Assembly: GCA_018821305.1 (NCBI GenBank) | Contig: JAHJMN010000046.1 | Coordinates: forward strand, 15,894 to 79,893 | DNA from: Myxococcota bacterium | GTDB taxonomy: Bacteria; Myxococcota_A; Polyangia; HGW-17 | Direction: 5' to 3' | DNA length: 64,000 bases | Part shown: positions 17,072 to 26,301 of the stretch, one piece after another | How the letters are laid out: every line of letters starts with the position of its first letter | Numbering within the stretch: the first letter of the stretch is position 1 | Position numbers and translations under genes: made by a program | The notes under the pieces: generated by a model | What the model saw: only the letters and a program-made list of their open reading frames with translations | Told to the model about the DNA's origin: nothing | Databases searched by the model: none

Positions 17072-18511
17072 ATGGAAAAGAATTCAAACAGTTTGGACAA
17101 ACTTATTAAGATGGTGGTCACTTTGGGAATCATTGCAGCACTGCTCTGGATTCTCAGTTATCTTGCGGATGTCCTTTTGCCCTTTGTAATTGCATTTTTA
17201 ATTGCCTATCTTATCAACCCTCTTGTGGTTTTTTATCAGAAAAAAATTCCTTCCCGGGGTCTTTCAAGTGCCCTTGCAATAGTGACAGTTTTAGGTTTTA
17301 CAGTGGGAATTTTATGGCTTGTCATGCCGCGAATTGCAACGGAAATCAAAAGCATGGCTATTACGGCGCATAAACTTGCTACCTCCACGGAGGTGGCACA
17401 GAGAGCGAAAGAAAAACTTCCGGAAAATTTATGGAAAGCCATAAAAGACTATACGACACGCCCTGAATTTCAGGAGTTTTTGAAAAATGACGATACGATC
17501 AAAATCGGACAGGCCGTTGTTCCCAAACTTCTCCCGGGGATTAAAGGCCTTATCAGCGGTGCCGCCAGCATAATCGGGTTTTTGCTTGGACTGACTTTGA
17601 TTTTTTTGTATCTGGTCTTTATCCTTATTGATTTTCAAAAGTTCCGCAGTGAATGGAAGCAGATGATTCCACTACCCTGGAGGGAACCTCTCGTTACTTT
17701 CATTCAGGATTTTAATGGAGCTATGAATCAATATTTTCGAGCTCAGGCACTTATTGCCCTTGTAGTTGGTGTTCTGCATGCCATTGGATTTTTAATAATT
17801 GGGCTTCCTCTGGCCATTGTCTTCGGACTTTTTGTGGGACTGCTTAATATGGTTCCTTATCTGCAGCTTGCGGCACTGGTGCCTGCGGCCTTGCTTGCCA
17901 TAATGGGCGCGCTGGAAAGCGGGAGGGATATCTGGTTCCAGTTGATTCTGACAGGAAGTGTTTTTCTTGTAATTCAAGCCCTTCAGGATTTATTTATCGT
18001 ACCGAAAATCATGGGTGGATTTACCGGACTCAGTCCTGCAATCATTCTTCTCTCTCTCAGCATCTGGGGGAAACTGCTGGGATTTTTCGGCCTTGTAATT
18101 GCTATTCCCGCAACCTGTCTTGTGTTGGCCTATTATAAACAATTTTTAAGGTTCGCTGATCAGCAGGGGGCCTTGACTCCGGAAGGTGCAATTATTGAAG
18201 GGCCACTTTTACTTGAGTCCGAAAGTCCCGGAACCGACTCAGTAGTCGAACCTGTGGCAGAAAAGCAGGCTGCAGATTCGGAAGTTATTTCAGATATTGA
18301 ATCCGAACCGGAAGTGAAATGTGGAAATGAAAAATCTGAGGTTGTTGAGAAAATCCCTGATGTTTCAATCACTTTGGCTGAACCCGGTGTTGAGAAAATC
18401 CCTGATGTTTCAGTCACTTTGCCTGAACCCGGTGTTGAGAAAACAGAAGCGAAAGCCGTTATACCCTTAGAGTCTGTGTCTGAGAAAAAGGAAGATACAC
18501 CGAAGGAATAG
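17072..18511 (+). CDS. AI-2E family transporter (PerM/YhhT-like) with acidic repeat tail
   Basis: Multi-TM protein with the typical AI-2E C-terminal core '..GLLNMVPYLQ..' and '..IMGGFTGLSPAIILLSL'. The tail carries the tandem 'VEKIPDVS(I/V)TL(A/P)EPG' repeat. Confidence 0.8.
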   Translation: MEKNSNSLDKLIKMVVTLGIIAALLWILSYLADVLLPFVIAFLIAYLINPLVVFYQKKIPSRGLSSALAIVTVLGFTVGILWLVMPRIATEIKSMAITAHKLATSTEVAQRAKEKLPENLWKAIKDYTTRPEFQEFLKNDDTIKIGQAVVPKLLPGIKGLISGAASIIGFLLGLTLIFLYLVFILIDFQKFRSEWKQMIPLPWREPLVTFIQDFNGAMNQYFRAQALIALVVGVLHAIGFLIIGLPLAIVFGLFVGLLNMVPYLQLAALVPAALLAIMGALESGRDIWFQLILTGSVFLVIQALQDLFIVPKIMGGFTGLSPAIILLSLSIWGKLLGFFGLVIAIPATCLVLAYYKQFLRFADQQGALTPEGAIIEGPLLLESESPGTDSVVEPVAEKQAADSEVISDIESEPEVKCGNEKSEVVEKIPDVSITLAEPGVEKIPDVSVTLPEPGVEKTEAKAVIPLESVSEKKEDTPKE

Positions 18512-18514
18512 ATT

Positions 18515-20035
18515 ATGATCTCAAAAGAAAATCCAGAGCTTAAGTTAATTGATTCAAAAATGCCCTCCGTCCGGCAATCTTCAACGGCGACTTTCAGAAA
18601 TGTATATTATGCCAATCCACTGACCGGGAAGATTGAAGGACCTCTGGATTTTAATTCAGTTGACAATATTATTCAGGTTAAAGGAAAAGCAAAGCGCACT
18701 TCGGGCCTTGATATTGATTGCACAGGACTTTATGTAATTCCTTCAATTTTTAATACTCATTGTCATCTGCAATTGAATATGCCCTCGTTAGTGGCAGACT
18801 TGTCCGATATCCGGGCGATGAAAAAACATCGAAACCGGCAGCAACTTCAGGTCTTGACGGATCTGCGGAATCTGGGAATCTTGAATGTCAGAGATGCCAT
18901 TTGTGAAGATCTGCGTGGAAACAAAGAGCTTGAGCATCGTTTTTCATTACTGCCTTTTGGAAAAGTGAACATTTATCAATCTGTAGTTGTAAGTATGCTC
19001 GGTTCCTGCTGGACACCGGAGCGGTCTCTGAGCGACAGGCTTTTGCATTCTGTGGCAGGGATGGAGTTCGTTCCCTATGATGATTCAAACTCCGGAGCTG
19101 TAGTATTTCCCCCCGATGCTGATGAAATCACGGTGCGAGGGGCAGTCGATAGAGCTGTGGATGAGCGCGGAGCTGATTTTATTAAGGTGTATGAGCAGCG
19201 TCATCATAAAGTCTTTTTTAAACCCGGTGCGCCACTTATGTCTCTAAAGCAACTTGATGCACTGTGTGATCAGACTCGAAAACGGGGTAAAAAGACTGTT
19301 TTTCATATGTTCAGTGTTGAAAGTTTTCGCCGCGCCCTGGCTTCAGGAGCGGATTCCATAAGTCATCTCCCACTTGATGAATTACTGAATGACGAGGATC
19401 TCCAAAAAATACATAAAGATGTCATTTTTGAACCGACAATCTCCCTGGCTCTGGATTTGTCCTGGCCCAGATCCGGAAGTCCAATAAATGACAGCCCAGA
19501 GCTTGCAAAGCTGGATAACTTTCGCCGGGAAATCATGCCGTATTTAATTGAATCCTTCTGGGTCGACGGTTTAAAAAACGCTGTAAGAAAAGGATATGAA
19601 AAAGCTTCCTCGGCAAAGTTCAAACTTTTCGGTCTCAAAAACTTATCAGCACCTTTTGAATATCATGAGAAAATTATAACAACGGGGGTCGCAAATCTTA
19701 AAAAGTTGATTTCTGCCGGAACAACTATAAGCTCTGGAAATGATGGCGGAATACCACCACTTACTCCATCCTCTTTATGGTTTGAACTCAAACTTTTAAG
19801 GATGTATGGAGGCCTTGCTCCAGAAGAATTGGGCCCATTTACTCTTCGATGCGCCACAGTAAACAGTGCAAAAGCTCTGGGACTTTCCGATTCATGGGGT
19901 GTTTTAGAAGAAGGTTTCAAAGCAGGAATGATTTTTTACCGCAAAAACCCTCTGGAAAATCCTGATGTTATTGGGGCAAGTCCATACATGGTGTGGGATG
20001 GACAGACCCTATCACGTAATGAATCCATTGACTGA
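18515..20035 (+). CDS. amidohydrolase-family metal-dependent hydrolase
   Basis: Carries the HxH metal motif 'FNTHCHLQLN', later 'FHMFS', and an Asp-containing 'SGNDGGIP' near the C-terminus. It starts 3 nt after the upstream transporter gene. Confidence 0.65.
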   Translation: MISKENPELKLIDSKMPSVRQSSTATFRNVYYANPLTGKIEGPLDFNSVDNIIQVKGKAKRTSGLDIDCTGLYVIPSIFNTHCHLQLNMPSLVADLSDIRAMKKHRNRQQLQVLTDLRNLGILNVRDAICEDLRGNKELEHRFSLLPFGKVNIYQSVVVSMLGSCWTPERSLSDRLLHSVAGMEFVPYDDSNSGAVVFPPDADEITVRGAVDRAVDERGADFIKVYEQRHHKVFFKPGAPLMSLKQLDALCDQTRKRGKKTVFHMFSVESFRRALASGADSISHLPLDELLNDEDLQKIHKDVIFEPTISLALDLSWPRSGSPINDSPELAKLDNFRREIMPYLIESFWVDGLKNAVRKGYEKASSAKFKLFGLKNLSAPFEYHEKIITTGVANLKKLISAGTTISSGNDGGIPPLTPSSLWFELKLLRMYGGLAPEELGPFTLRCATVNSAKALGLSDSWGVLEEGFKAGMIFYRKNPLENPDVIGASPYMVWDGQTLSRNESID

Positions 20036-20067
20036 GAAACGCTCAAATGTGCTGAGTCACTGTTAAA

Positions 20068-20175
20068 AAAATCAGGGAAACAGGAAATCAGTAGCAGGAA
20101 CAGGAAAACAGGGGGCTCATTCCTGAAGCATTTCTTTAAAACGAGTCACAATCGTATTACTACGAAAGCGGTCTA
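20068..20175. repeat. CAGG-rich tract plus end fragment of the long-stem element
   Basis: ATCAGGGAAACAGGAAATCAGTAGCAGGAACAGGAAAACAGGGGGCTCATTCCTGAAGCATTTC...CACAATCGTATTACTACGAAAGCGGTCT is closely similar to 60086-60160. It lies in a convergent intergenic region. Confidence 0.7.
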
Positions 20176-20191
20176 TATTCGATAATGGTGT

Positions 20192-21523
20192 CTATAGATC
20201 CGTTGTAAGGAAGCCAAAAGTGTCAAAAAGAGCGTTAAATGCAGTGCGCTCAGGAAGATTGCTGTTAACAGAAAGGGAGTTGTCCAGGGTGAGTAGTCCC
20301 GTAGTACTATCCACTTTATATACTACTGCATCATCTCCAACTCCCAGTTGGAGTTCTTCAATAGAGGTTATGTAAAAATCATGGGTGAAAACGGTTCCAT
20401 CCAGGGAACGATAGGACAGGGTAAGGGTATGTTCACCGTTGGGGCCAATTGGAGCAGTTCCGTAATACCGTGCGAATGGATCCGATTCTGTGGGGCCATC
20501 TATACTCGGACTGTAGTCTGCGTAGATAAATGCCAGTAGGGAGCCCGGGTTATTATCATGCTCTCCGCGGGTTGTTACAATTTGAGTTTCCGGCGGAATT
20601 GCCAGTATAAGCCTGTCGGTTCCTTTGTCCGACCACAGTGCGTCACCCCATCCGCCTGCTCCGTAGAAACTGGGCCCCAGCCAGCGGTCATCATCTACCT
20701 CATCAACGTACCAGACCGCAATGTCGTTTCCATTACCGAGGAATACTCTGAAATCGCGCATATTGCCTTCAAGAATAACAATATCATCTCCATCTGCTTC
20801 ATCGAGAATATCAGTTCGCCCCGATAGCCCGTTACCAGCATCTATTGCCGCGGGCCCAAAATTCCGGGCAAAAATAAGATCACTACCTGGACCTGTGTGA
20901 ATTGTTGTGCCGGAAATATCATATTCATTGGTACCCAGAATATTTTCCGTTCCAAGGATAACAAGGTCGTTATCAAATAATGCTCCCCTTGTGTCTGAAC
21001 CGGTGCGCATATCTACTCCATAACCGGTACCGTATCTGAGCATATCAGGTCCTTCTCCAAGATTTATTCCTCCAGTGCTGGAAAGGTCGCCGTTATTGGT
21101 GAAGTCGAAAATATCTACGCCGTTAGAGCCTTCGAAGTTATCCGCTCTGTGATTCAGTGAGATAACTGGATCCCCTGTAGTGCTGATTACTCTCCATCCA
21201 AAATGATGGTTTTCGGAGTCCGAGAGTTGAATAAAATCGAGCCCTTTTTCAACAAACTCATTGTTGTAAATTGCCAGACCTTCGTCAGAGGGGCAGTCAC
21301 AACTATTGTCCCATCCCCATTTTCCCGGAGGAAGGTATGTGTGTGTTTCATCTAAAAGGCCTTCAATAGGAAATTCATCCGATTCAGGATTCCAGCTTCC
21401 ATCCCAGGAATAAGTGTTTGCTAAGTCAGGATCAAATGGCGGAAGGCCCGTATAGTTGTAATCCGGGACCACGTACTTGGGGCCGGAATTTTTGTCCCCG
21501 GAGCACCCAATGGTCAGTAACAA
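20192..21523 (-). CDS. Asp/Gly-rich secreted lipoprotein; N-terminal signal peptide is in another frame (1-nt frameshift at T10 tract)
   Basis: The 443-aa ORF begins at a TTG inside 'LLTIGCSG'. An ATG at 21569 (frame +1, RBS GGAAAGG) encodes MKVHKNLLHFFF and then runs into the T10 tract (A10 on the + strand, 21534-21543). Removing one T gives MKVHKNLLHFFFFSFLLLTIGCSG, a canonical lipoprotein signal. Confidence 0.75.
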   Translation of the reverse strand: MLLTIGCSGDKNSGPKYVVPDYNYTGLPPFDPDLANTYSWDGSWNPESDEFPIEGLLDETHTYLPPGKWGWDNSCDCPSDEGLAIYNNEFVEKGLDFIQLSDSENHHFGWRVISTTGDPVISLNHRADNFEGSNGVDIFDFTNNGDLSSTGGINLGEGPDMLRYGTGYGVDMRTGSDTRGALFDNDLVILGTENILGTNEYDISGTTIHTGPGSDLIFARNFGPAAIDAGNGLSGRTDILDEADGDDIVILEGNMRDFRVFLGNGNDIAVWYVDEVDDDRWLGPSFYGAGGWGDALWSDKGTDRLILAIPPETQIVTTRGEHDNNPGSLLAFIYADYSPSIDGPTESDPFARYYGTAPIGPNGEHTLTLSYRSLDGTVFTHDFYITSIEELQLGVGDDAVVYKVDSTTGLLTLDNSLSVNSNLPERTAFNALFDTFGFLTTDL

Positions 21524-21684
21524 AAAGGAAAAGAAAAAAAAAATGTAACAAATTCTTATGTACTTTCATGTAAATACCTTTCCTGGATGAAAGCCTGTTT
21601 CCACAAGGAAAGAACAGACACTTCTGTAAAAACTTGCATAAAAGCAGCGCTTTTGTGGACTTCACAATGCACAATTACCATATA

Positions 21685-22815
21685 CTATACAGGAGTTTTA
21701 CGATTGAAAAAATCGGAAGTTTTATACATTTCGAATATATGCTTTATTACAACATTGAGGACTCCCGCAAAAGGAACGGCGATAAGGGCGCCCCAGAATC
21801 CCCATATAAGACCAAAACCCATGAGGGCAATGACAACAATAGCTGGGTTCAGCCCCACACTTTTACCAAGTACGTTCGGCGTAATGAAAAAAGCATCCAT
21901 GGTCTGAACTATGCCAAAAACAACACATACCCATAAAACGGTTGATACGCCACCGTCCAGCGCTGCAATAAGCAGAGCAAACAAAAACCCAAGAAAAGCA
22001 CCAACATAGGGTATGAACGCTAAAAAGCCAGTAAGCATTCCAATGAACAAAGACAGGGTAATCCCTACCATGGAATACCCAATGCTGTATAATACGCCAA
22101 GGGTGAACATGACAATCATCTGGCCGCGCAGCCAGCGGGACATTGTTTCATCAAGGTCTTCAGTGAGTTTATGAAAGCTTTGACTGTGCCTTGGCGGGAC
22201 AAGTTTTTCGGGGAGATGACTCACTTTTTCGAAATCCCTGAGGAGGAAAAACGTAAAAAATGGAATTACAAAAAGAGTTGTTACGGCACTAATTATAAAA
22301 TAAGTCCCAGCCATGGCAAAAGTAGCAACTTCCTTCAGTGGAGAATATGCCTGCCCGGCTATAGCCATGAGATCTTTAGAAATTCTGTCAGTGATAAGGT
22401 TTGTAGCCTCGCGTAAATTAGGCAGTTTTGTTTTGAAAGTCGTCTCGATCCATGGAACAGCCCATGTTTTTACTCGATTACTGTACTCGGGAATTTTTGC
22501 AATAAATTCACGTAACTGCTTGGCCAGAAGGGGAACAATAAAAATGACAAATATAGTCACAATCAGAACAAATAAAGCCAGTAGGATAACGATCCCAATG
22601 GTTCGGGGAATGCGATATTTCTCAAGCCAGGAAACAAATGGATTAAGGAAATAAGCAAGAAAAAAAGCAATTACAAGAGGAACAACAAGGGGTTTCAATA
22701 TGGCAAGCAGACTGAATACAAGCCATGAAAAGACCAGAATAATAGCTATTTGAAAATAAAAATGAGAGCGGGATGAGGACCCGAAACCGAATTGCTTACC
22801 CATAAATTTACTCAT
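21685..22815 (-). CDS. AI-2E family transporter
   Basis: Multi-TM protein with the AI-2E core '..FLAFIPYVGAFLG..' and 'NVLGKSVGLNPAIVVIAL'. I prefer the start at 22815 (MSKFMGKQ), which gives an ATGAGTAA overlap with the upstream stop. The track start is 22866. Confidence 0.8.
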   Translation of the reverse strand: MSKFMGKQFGFGSSSRSHFYFQIAIILVFSWLVFSLLAILKPLVVPLVIAFFLAYFLNPFVSWLEKYRIPRTIGIVILLALFVLIVTIFVIFIVPLLAKQLREFIAKIPEYSNRVKTWAVPWIETTFKTKLPNLREATNLITDRISKDLMAIAGQAYSPLKEVATFAMAGTYFIISAVTTLFVIPFFTFFLLRDFEKVSHLPEKLVPPRHSQSFHKLTEDLDETMSRWLRGQMIVMFTLGVLYSIGYSMVGITLSLFIGMLTGFLAFIPYVGAFLGFLFALLIAALDGGVSTVLWVCVVFGIVQTMDAFFITPNVLGKSVGLNPAIVVIALMGFGLIWGFWGALIAVPFAGVLNVVIKHIFEMYKTSDFFNRKTPV

Positions 22816-23116
22816 CAAGTTTTGGATATACTTTGATTTTGCGTTTAAGAAGCACACCCTTTTCAAGTACGAATGAACTACTGTACGGATAATGCCGGTT
22901 ATCCAGAATTAGAATTGTATGCTTTCCCGGCGAAAGCTCTTTGGGTCGAGCATTTACTTCGTTTCCAATGCCAATATACTTTCCGTCAATATAGACCGCT
23001 GCAAGGGGGGGAACACTGTAAAGAGCCAGACCCTGCTTTGACCTCCGAACATACACATCAGTGCAACTGAAGGAGGATAATAAAATGAAAGCAAGGAATA
23101 TTGATTTTAAACTCAT
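22808..23116 (-). CDS. small exported PEGA-like domain protein
   Basis: The signal and lipobox-like N-terminus is 'MSLKSIFLAFILLSSFSC'. The segment 'LYSVPPLAAVYIDGKYIGIGNEV..LSPGKHTILI' resembles a PEGA domain. Confidence 0.5.
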   Translation of the reverse strand: MSLKSIFLAFILLSSFSCTDVYVRRSKQGLALYSVPPLAAVYIDGKYIGIGNEVNARPKELSPGKHTILILDNRHYPYSSSFVLEKGVLLKRKIKVYPKLDE

Positions 23117-24081
23117 TTGGGAACCTCCACTTTTGTGAGGGGTATTTTTATGTTCAACTCAACATCGCCGGCAGCATTGATATTTCTTGTAAAACTGACG
23201 GTTTCACCCAGAAAAATACTTGCGCCGGGATTGTTTGCACTCTGAGGTCTTAACCGGTAAGAAATCTTCATTCCATTGTGCAGGAGCGAAATTGAATCCA
23301 TGAAGATAAAGCCGGGATCCTGTTTTTTCAGGATATAGGCTATTTTAACAAGTTCAACGGGATCAGTTACTCCGGTAATAATGAAATTAGCGGTTTTAAG
23401 GGTTTCCATACGGAAAAGTAATTTAATTTCATCAGGAACTGCAATGAACAATCCATTTTTTTCTTCTGATTTTACAATAATGACTTTTTTCCGGCGCTTT
23501 TTTACATAATAAGTCCATCGAGCAGTTCTGCTATCAGTTTTACCCTTGGTTAGTTCAAGAAATACACAGGCATCCACCCTGCATTTTGTGGGCAGATTTC
23601 CTCTTCTGAAATCAAGTCTATAGACCTGCCATGGAAAATGTTGTTTGAGCGCTTTCTTATCTTCCGCAGAAATGGTCTTTTTCCCGGTGTAAATATAATA
23701 AACTTTAATATGCAACTTCTGCATGACCAGTTTGGCGGCAGAAAGTATTTTCGACATATCAATATGGTACTTCGCCTTCCATTTATAAACCCCATCCGGG
23801 GAGAGTGTTTCTGAAATATCAGTGGTTTGAGTAAGATATACAGATGGATTTTTTAGTACAATCCGCCGAAGTCGACCTTGCTTTTGTGAGTTATTCAAGT
23901 TCAGATGTGTTTTTTCGAGATCATCATAGAGGTTTGTAACTACTGTAACAAGCCCCTCCGTCTTTGATGAATTCCTGGCGGAAACCATATCTCTAACATT
24001 ATTTTTAACGATTTCTGTTTCGATAACACGGATGTCAGTTATTTGATTTAAAAGAAAAGCGAACAAAATATGCGTAAACAT
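23113..24081 (-). CDS. hypothetical protein (N-terminal hydrophobic segment)
   Basis: 322-aa ORF that abuts the TetR stop with a 0-nt gap and overlaps the next gene by 4 nt. No motif recognised. Confidence 0.65.
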   Translation of the reverse strand: MFTHILFAFLLNQITDIRVIETEIVKNNVRDMVSARNSSKTEGLVTVVTNLYDDLEKTHLNLNNSQKQGRLRRIVLKNPSVYLTQTTDISETLSPDGVYKWKAKYHIDMSKILSAAKLVMQKLHIKVYYIYTGKKTISAEDKKALKQHFPWQVYRLDFRRGNLPTKCRVDACVFLELTKGKTDSRTARWTYYVKKRRKKVIIVKSEEKNGLFIAVPDEIKLLFRMETLKTANFIITGVTDPVELVKIAYILKKQDPGFIFMDSISLLHNGMKISYRLRPQSANNPGASIFLGETVSFTRNINAAGDVELNIKIPLTKVEVPK

Positions 24082-24681
24082 TTATATACCCTGCAGCATT
24101 ACACCCCGACTGGCATTTGCTGTTAATTCTTCAATTAATTCATGAAAGTCCATCTCTTCACCAATTACAGCAAAGGACCAGATGATGCCTTTAAGCATTC
24201 CAACGAAGGCAACGGCGGTAATGCGGGAATTAAGTGGGCGGACTATACCAAGTTCCTGACCCTCCTCAAGACTTTCTTCAAGCCAATCAATAATATGCTT
24301 ATAGAAGGCTGTAACTTTCCCGGTCACTTCACTGTCAAGGCTTTCTGCTTGACTTGATATCAATTTAGCCAGGCAAAGATCATTGAAAACCGGTCCCAGC
24401 GCATGGGATAGATTAATGCGAAGTTGACTGAGAACGGAATCCATTCCAATATTTGGCCCGGTTTTTATGGGTCTCAGTCCGCTTGTTATACTCCTGACGA
24501 CTGAATCAAGGATATCCGAAAAAACTGTACGTTTGGAATCAAAATACAGGTAAAAAGTACCGCGAGCAATCCCGGCTTCTTTAATAATGTCGTTAATGGA
24601 TGTGTTGTGATAACCTTTTGATGCGAATAATTCTTTTGCACAGTCCATGATATGGCTGCGTTTGGAATCTTTGTTTACCAT
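24082..24681 (-). CDS. TetR/AcrR family transcriptional regulator
   Basis: The N-terminal HTH 'IMDCAKELFASKGYHNTSINDIIKEAGIARGTFYLYFDSK' is a classic TetR signature. Confidence 0.9.
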   Translation of the reverse strand: MVNKDSKRSHIMDCAKELFASKGYHNTSINDIIKEAGIARGTFYLYFDSKRTVFSDILDSVVRSITSGLRPIKTGPNIGMDSVLSQLRINLSHALGPVFNDLCLAKLISSQAESLDSEVTGKVTAFYKHIIDWLEESLEEGQELGIVRPLNSRITAVAFVGMLKGIIWSFAVIGEEMDFHELIEELTANASRGVMLQGI

Positions 24682-24683
24682 TA

Positions 24684-26267
24684 TCAGATAAGCTCGATGC
24701 GATAGAGTTGGTAGCCCATTAAAATGGGCATACTTGGTTCGACTTCACGGACGTCTCGAATTTTCAGATATGTACCATTTGAGGATTTGAGATCGACTAG
24801 GTATGTCTGGTCGTCAAGACGGTTGATTTCGAGATGTTCACCACTGACATACCCGTCTTCCGGGAAGGTAATGTCGCCATCTTCTCTGCCGATTTTAATG
24901 ACTTCGCCACTCAAAACCCAGGCAGCGCCAACGGCATCAGGACCCGTAATGAGCTCAATTCGTCCCCAGGCATCAACGTTTGGACTTCCAATTACAACTG
25001 TTCCATCAGGTGTCTCAGATGCTCTTGGAAGTTCTTTATATCGCATAACTTCGGTACCAATGCGGAAGATATCTCCAGATTTCAGCAGTTCTTCCTGGGT
25101 TACGCGGATATAGGTTCCGTTAATTGAGCCCAAATCTTCTACAAAAATTGATCCTGAATCAATTGTTATCCGTGCATGGCTTGGGCTCATATAGGCATCC
25201 GTCGCGAATGATGGATGTGTTTCTCTGCCAACAACAACTTCACCTTCCTCCATATCGAGGACCGATTCAAATCGGCCATCGGGTCGCTGTACGATTAGTT
25301 TTGCGACAAAATTGGCTTGAGGCATGGGCTCAGGAACCGGGGTTGGATCCGGTGCTGGTGCTGGAGCAGAGACTTGAGCTATTGCTGGCGCAGCAGTTAT
25401 TTTACAGCCGCAGTTACCGCAAAATTTAAACCCTACGGGAACTTGGTTTCCACATTCAGGGCAAGCAACGGATTGAGGTTCCGATGTTTCTCCAAGTCCG
25501 AGTTGTGCTATATCATCGGCCATAACAGTATCGGCCATTTCAAATTCACCTTCGGCGGGGCCTGTTGGTGAACGCTCTATTTCATTTCGCAGCTCCGGCT
25601 GTTGCTCCCAAGGTGGATTTTCATAAGGGCCTTGCTGTACTGTGGCTTTATCGTCCCATGGTGGGGCAGCCACAGGTGGCGGTGCCATAGGCGGAGCAGC
25701 CATAGGTGGCGCTGAAGGTGGCGGTGCCATAGGCGGAGCGGCCATAGGTGGCGCTGAGGGTGGCGGTGCCATAGGCGGAGCAGCCATAGGTGGCGCTGAA
25801 GGTGGCGGTGCCATAGGCGGAGCGGCCATAGGTGGCGCTGAAGGTGGCGGAGCCATCGGTGGAGCGGCCATCGGCGGAGCAGCCATAGGTGGAGCGGCCA
25901 TCGGTGGAGCAGCCATAGGTGGAGCAGCCATCGGTGGCGGAGCAGCAGCTGGTGGCGTAGCCCCTGGAGATGCAGAATATGCTCCTGCAGGTGCGCCCCC
26001 TTGAGAACTCTGAGGCATTTGTACTCCATGCTTTGCAAGATAGTCAGCTAATTCAGCTCCGGATGCCGCAGCAACGGTAGGTGCATTAGCCATTTTATAT
26101 CTCTGTCCACCAGGAGGCGGATCCGGCGGAGGTACGGCCATTGGAGGCATAGTGGGCTCAGGCTTTACAATAATATTATCTCTATTAAGCTCAGTCCCAC
26201 ATCCCAGGCAGAATTTAAAATGTGAACGATTTTCACGACCGCAAAGTTTACAGATAACCGTTGACAT
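24684..26267 (-). CDS. zinc-ribbon / Pro-Ala-Met repeat / zinc-ribbon / double FHA-domain protein
   Basis: Zinc ribbons 'CKLCGRENRSHFKFCLGCG' and 'CPECGNQVPVGFKFCGNCG'; a (PPMAA)n and (PPMAAPPMAPPPSA)4 repeat block; two FHA cores ('VVGRE..SPSHARI..DLGSINGTYI' and 'KIGRE..SGEHLEI..DLKSSNGTYL'). Confidence 0.85.
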   Translation of the reverse strand: MSTVICKLCGRENRSHFKFCLGCGTELNRDNIIVKPEPTMPPMAVPPPDPPPGGQRYKMANAPTVAAASGAELADYLAKHGVQMPQSSQGGAPAGAYSASPGATPPAAAPPPMAAPPMAAPPMAAPPMAAPPMAAPPMAPPPSAPPMAAPPMAPPPSAPPMAAPPMAPPPSAPPMAAPPMAPPPSAPPMAAPPMAPPPVAAPPWDDKATVQQGPYENPPWEQQPELRNEIERSPTGPAEGEFEMADTVMADDIAQLGLGETSEPQSVACPECGNQVPVGFKFCGNCGCKITAAPAIAQVSAPAPAPDPTPVPEPMPQANFVAKLIVQRPDGRFESVLDMEEGEVVVGRETHPSFATDAYMSPSHARITIDSGSIFVEDLGSINGTYIRVTQEELLKSGDIFRIGTEVMRYKELPRASETPDGTVVIGSPNVDAWGRIELITGPDAVGAAWVLSGEVIKIGREDGDITFPEDGYVSGEHLEINRLDDQTYLVDLKSSNGTYLKIRDVREVEPSMPILMGYQLYRIELI

Positions 26268-26301
26268 TGGTCTCCTTATATAAAGTCCGGATTTCCCCGG
26301 C

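Noticed and set aside
21432-21674. 80-aa ORF annotated as a separate small gene
   Set aside because: Only its last part, from the ATG at 21569, makes sense, and then as the displaced signal peptide of the downstream lipoprotein ORF (see the T10 frameshift finding). The upstream portion lacks an RBS and overlaps the divergent gene's 3' region.
25577-26038. Track ORFs 25577..26038(-) and 25642..26004(+), which encode HLW/RLW and GGAAIGG repeats
   Set aside because: These are shadow frames of the Pro/Ala/Met tandem repeat inside the well-supported FHA protein gene (24684-26267).
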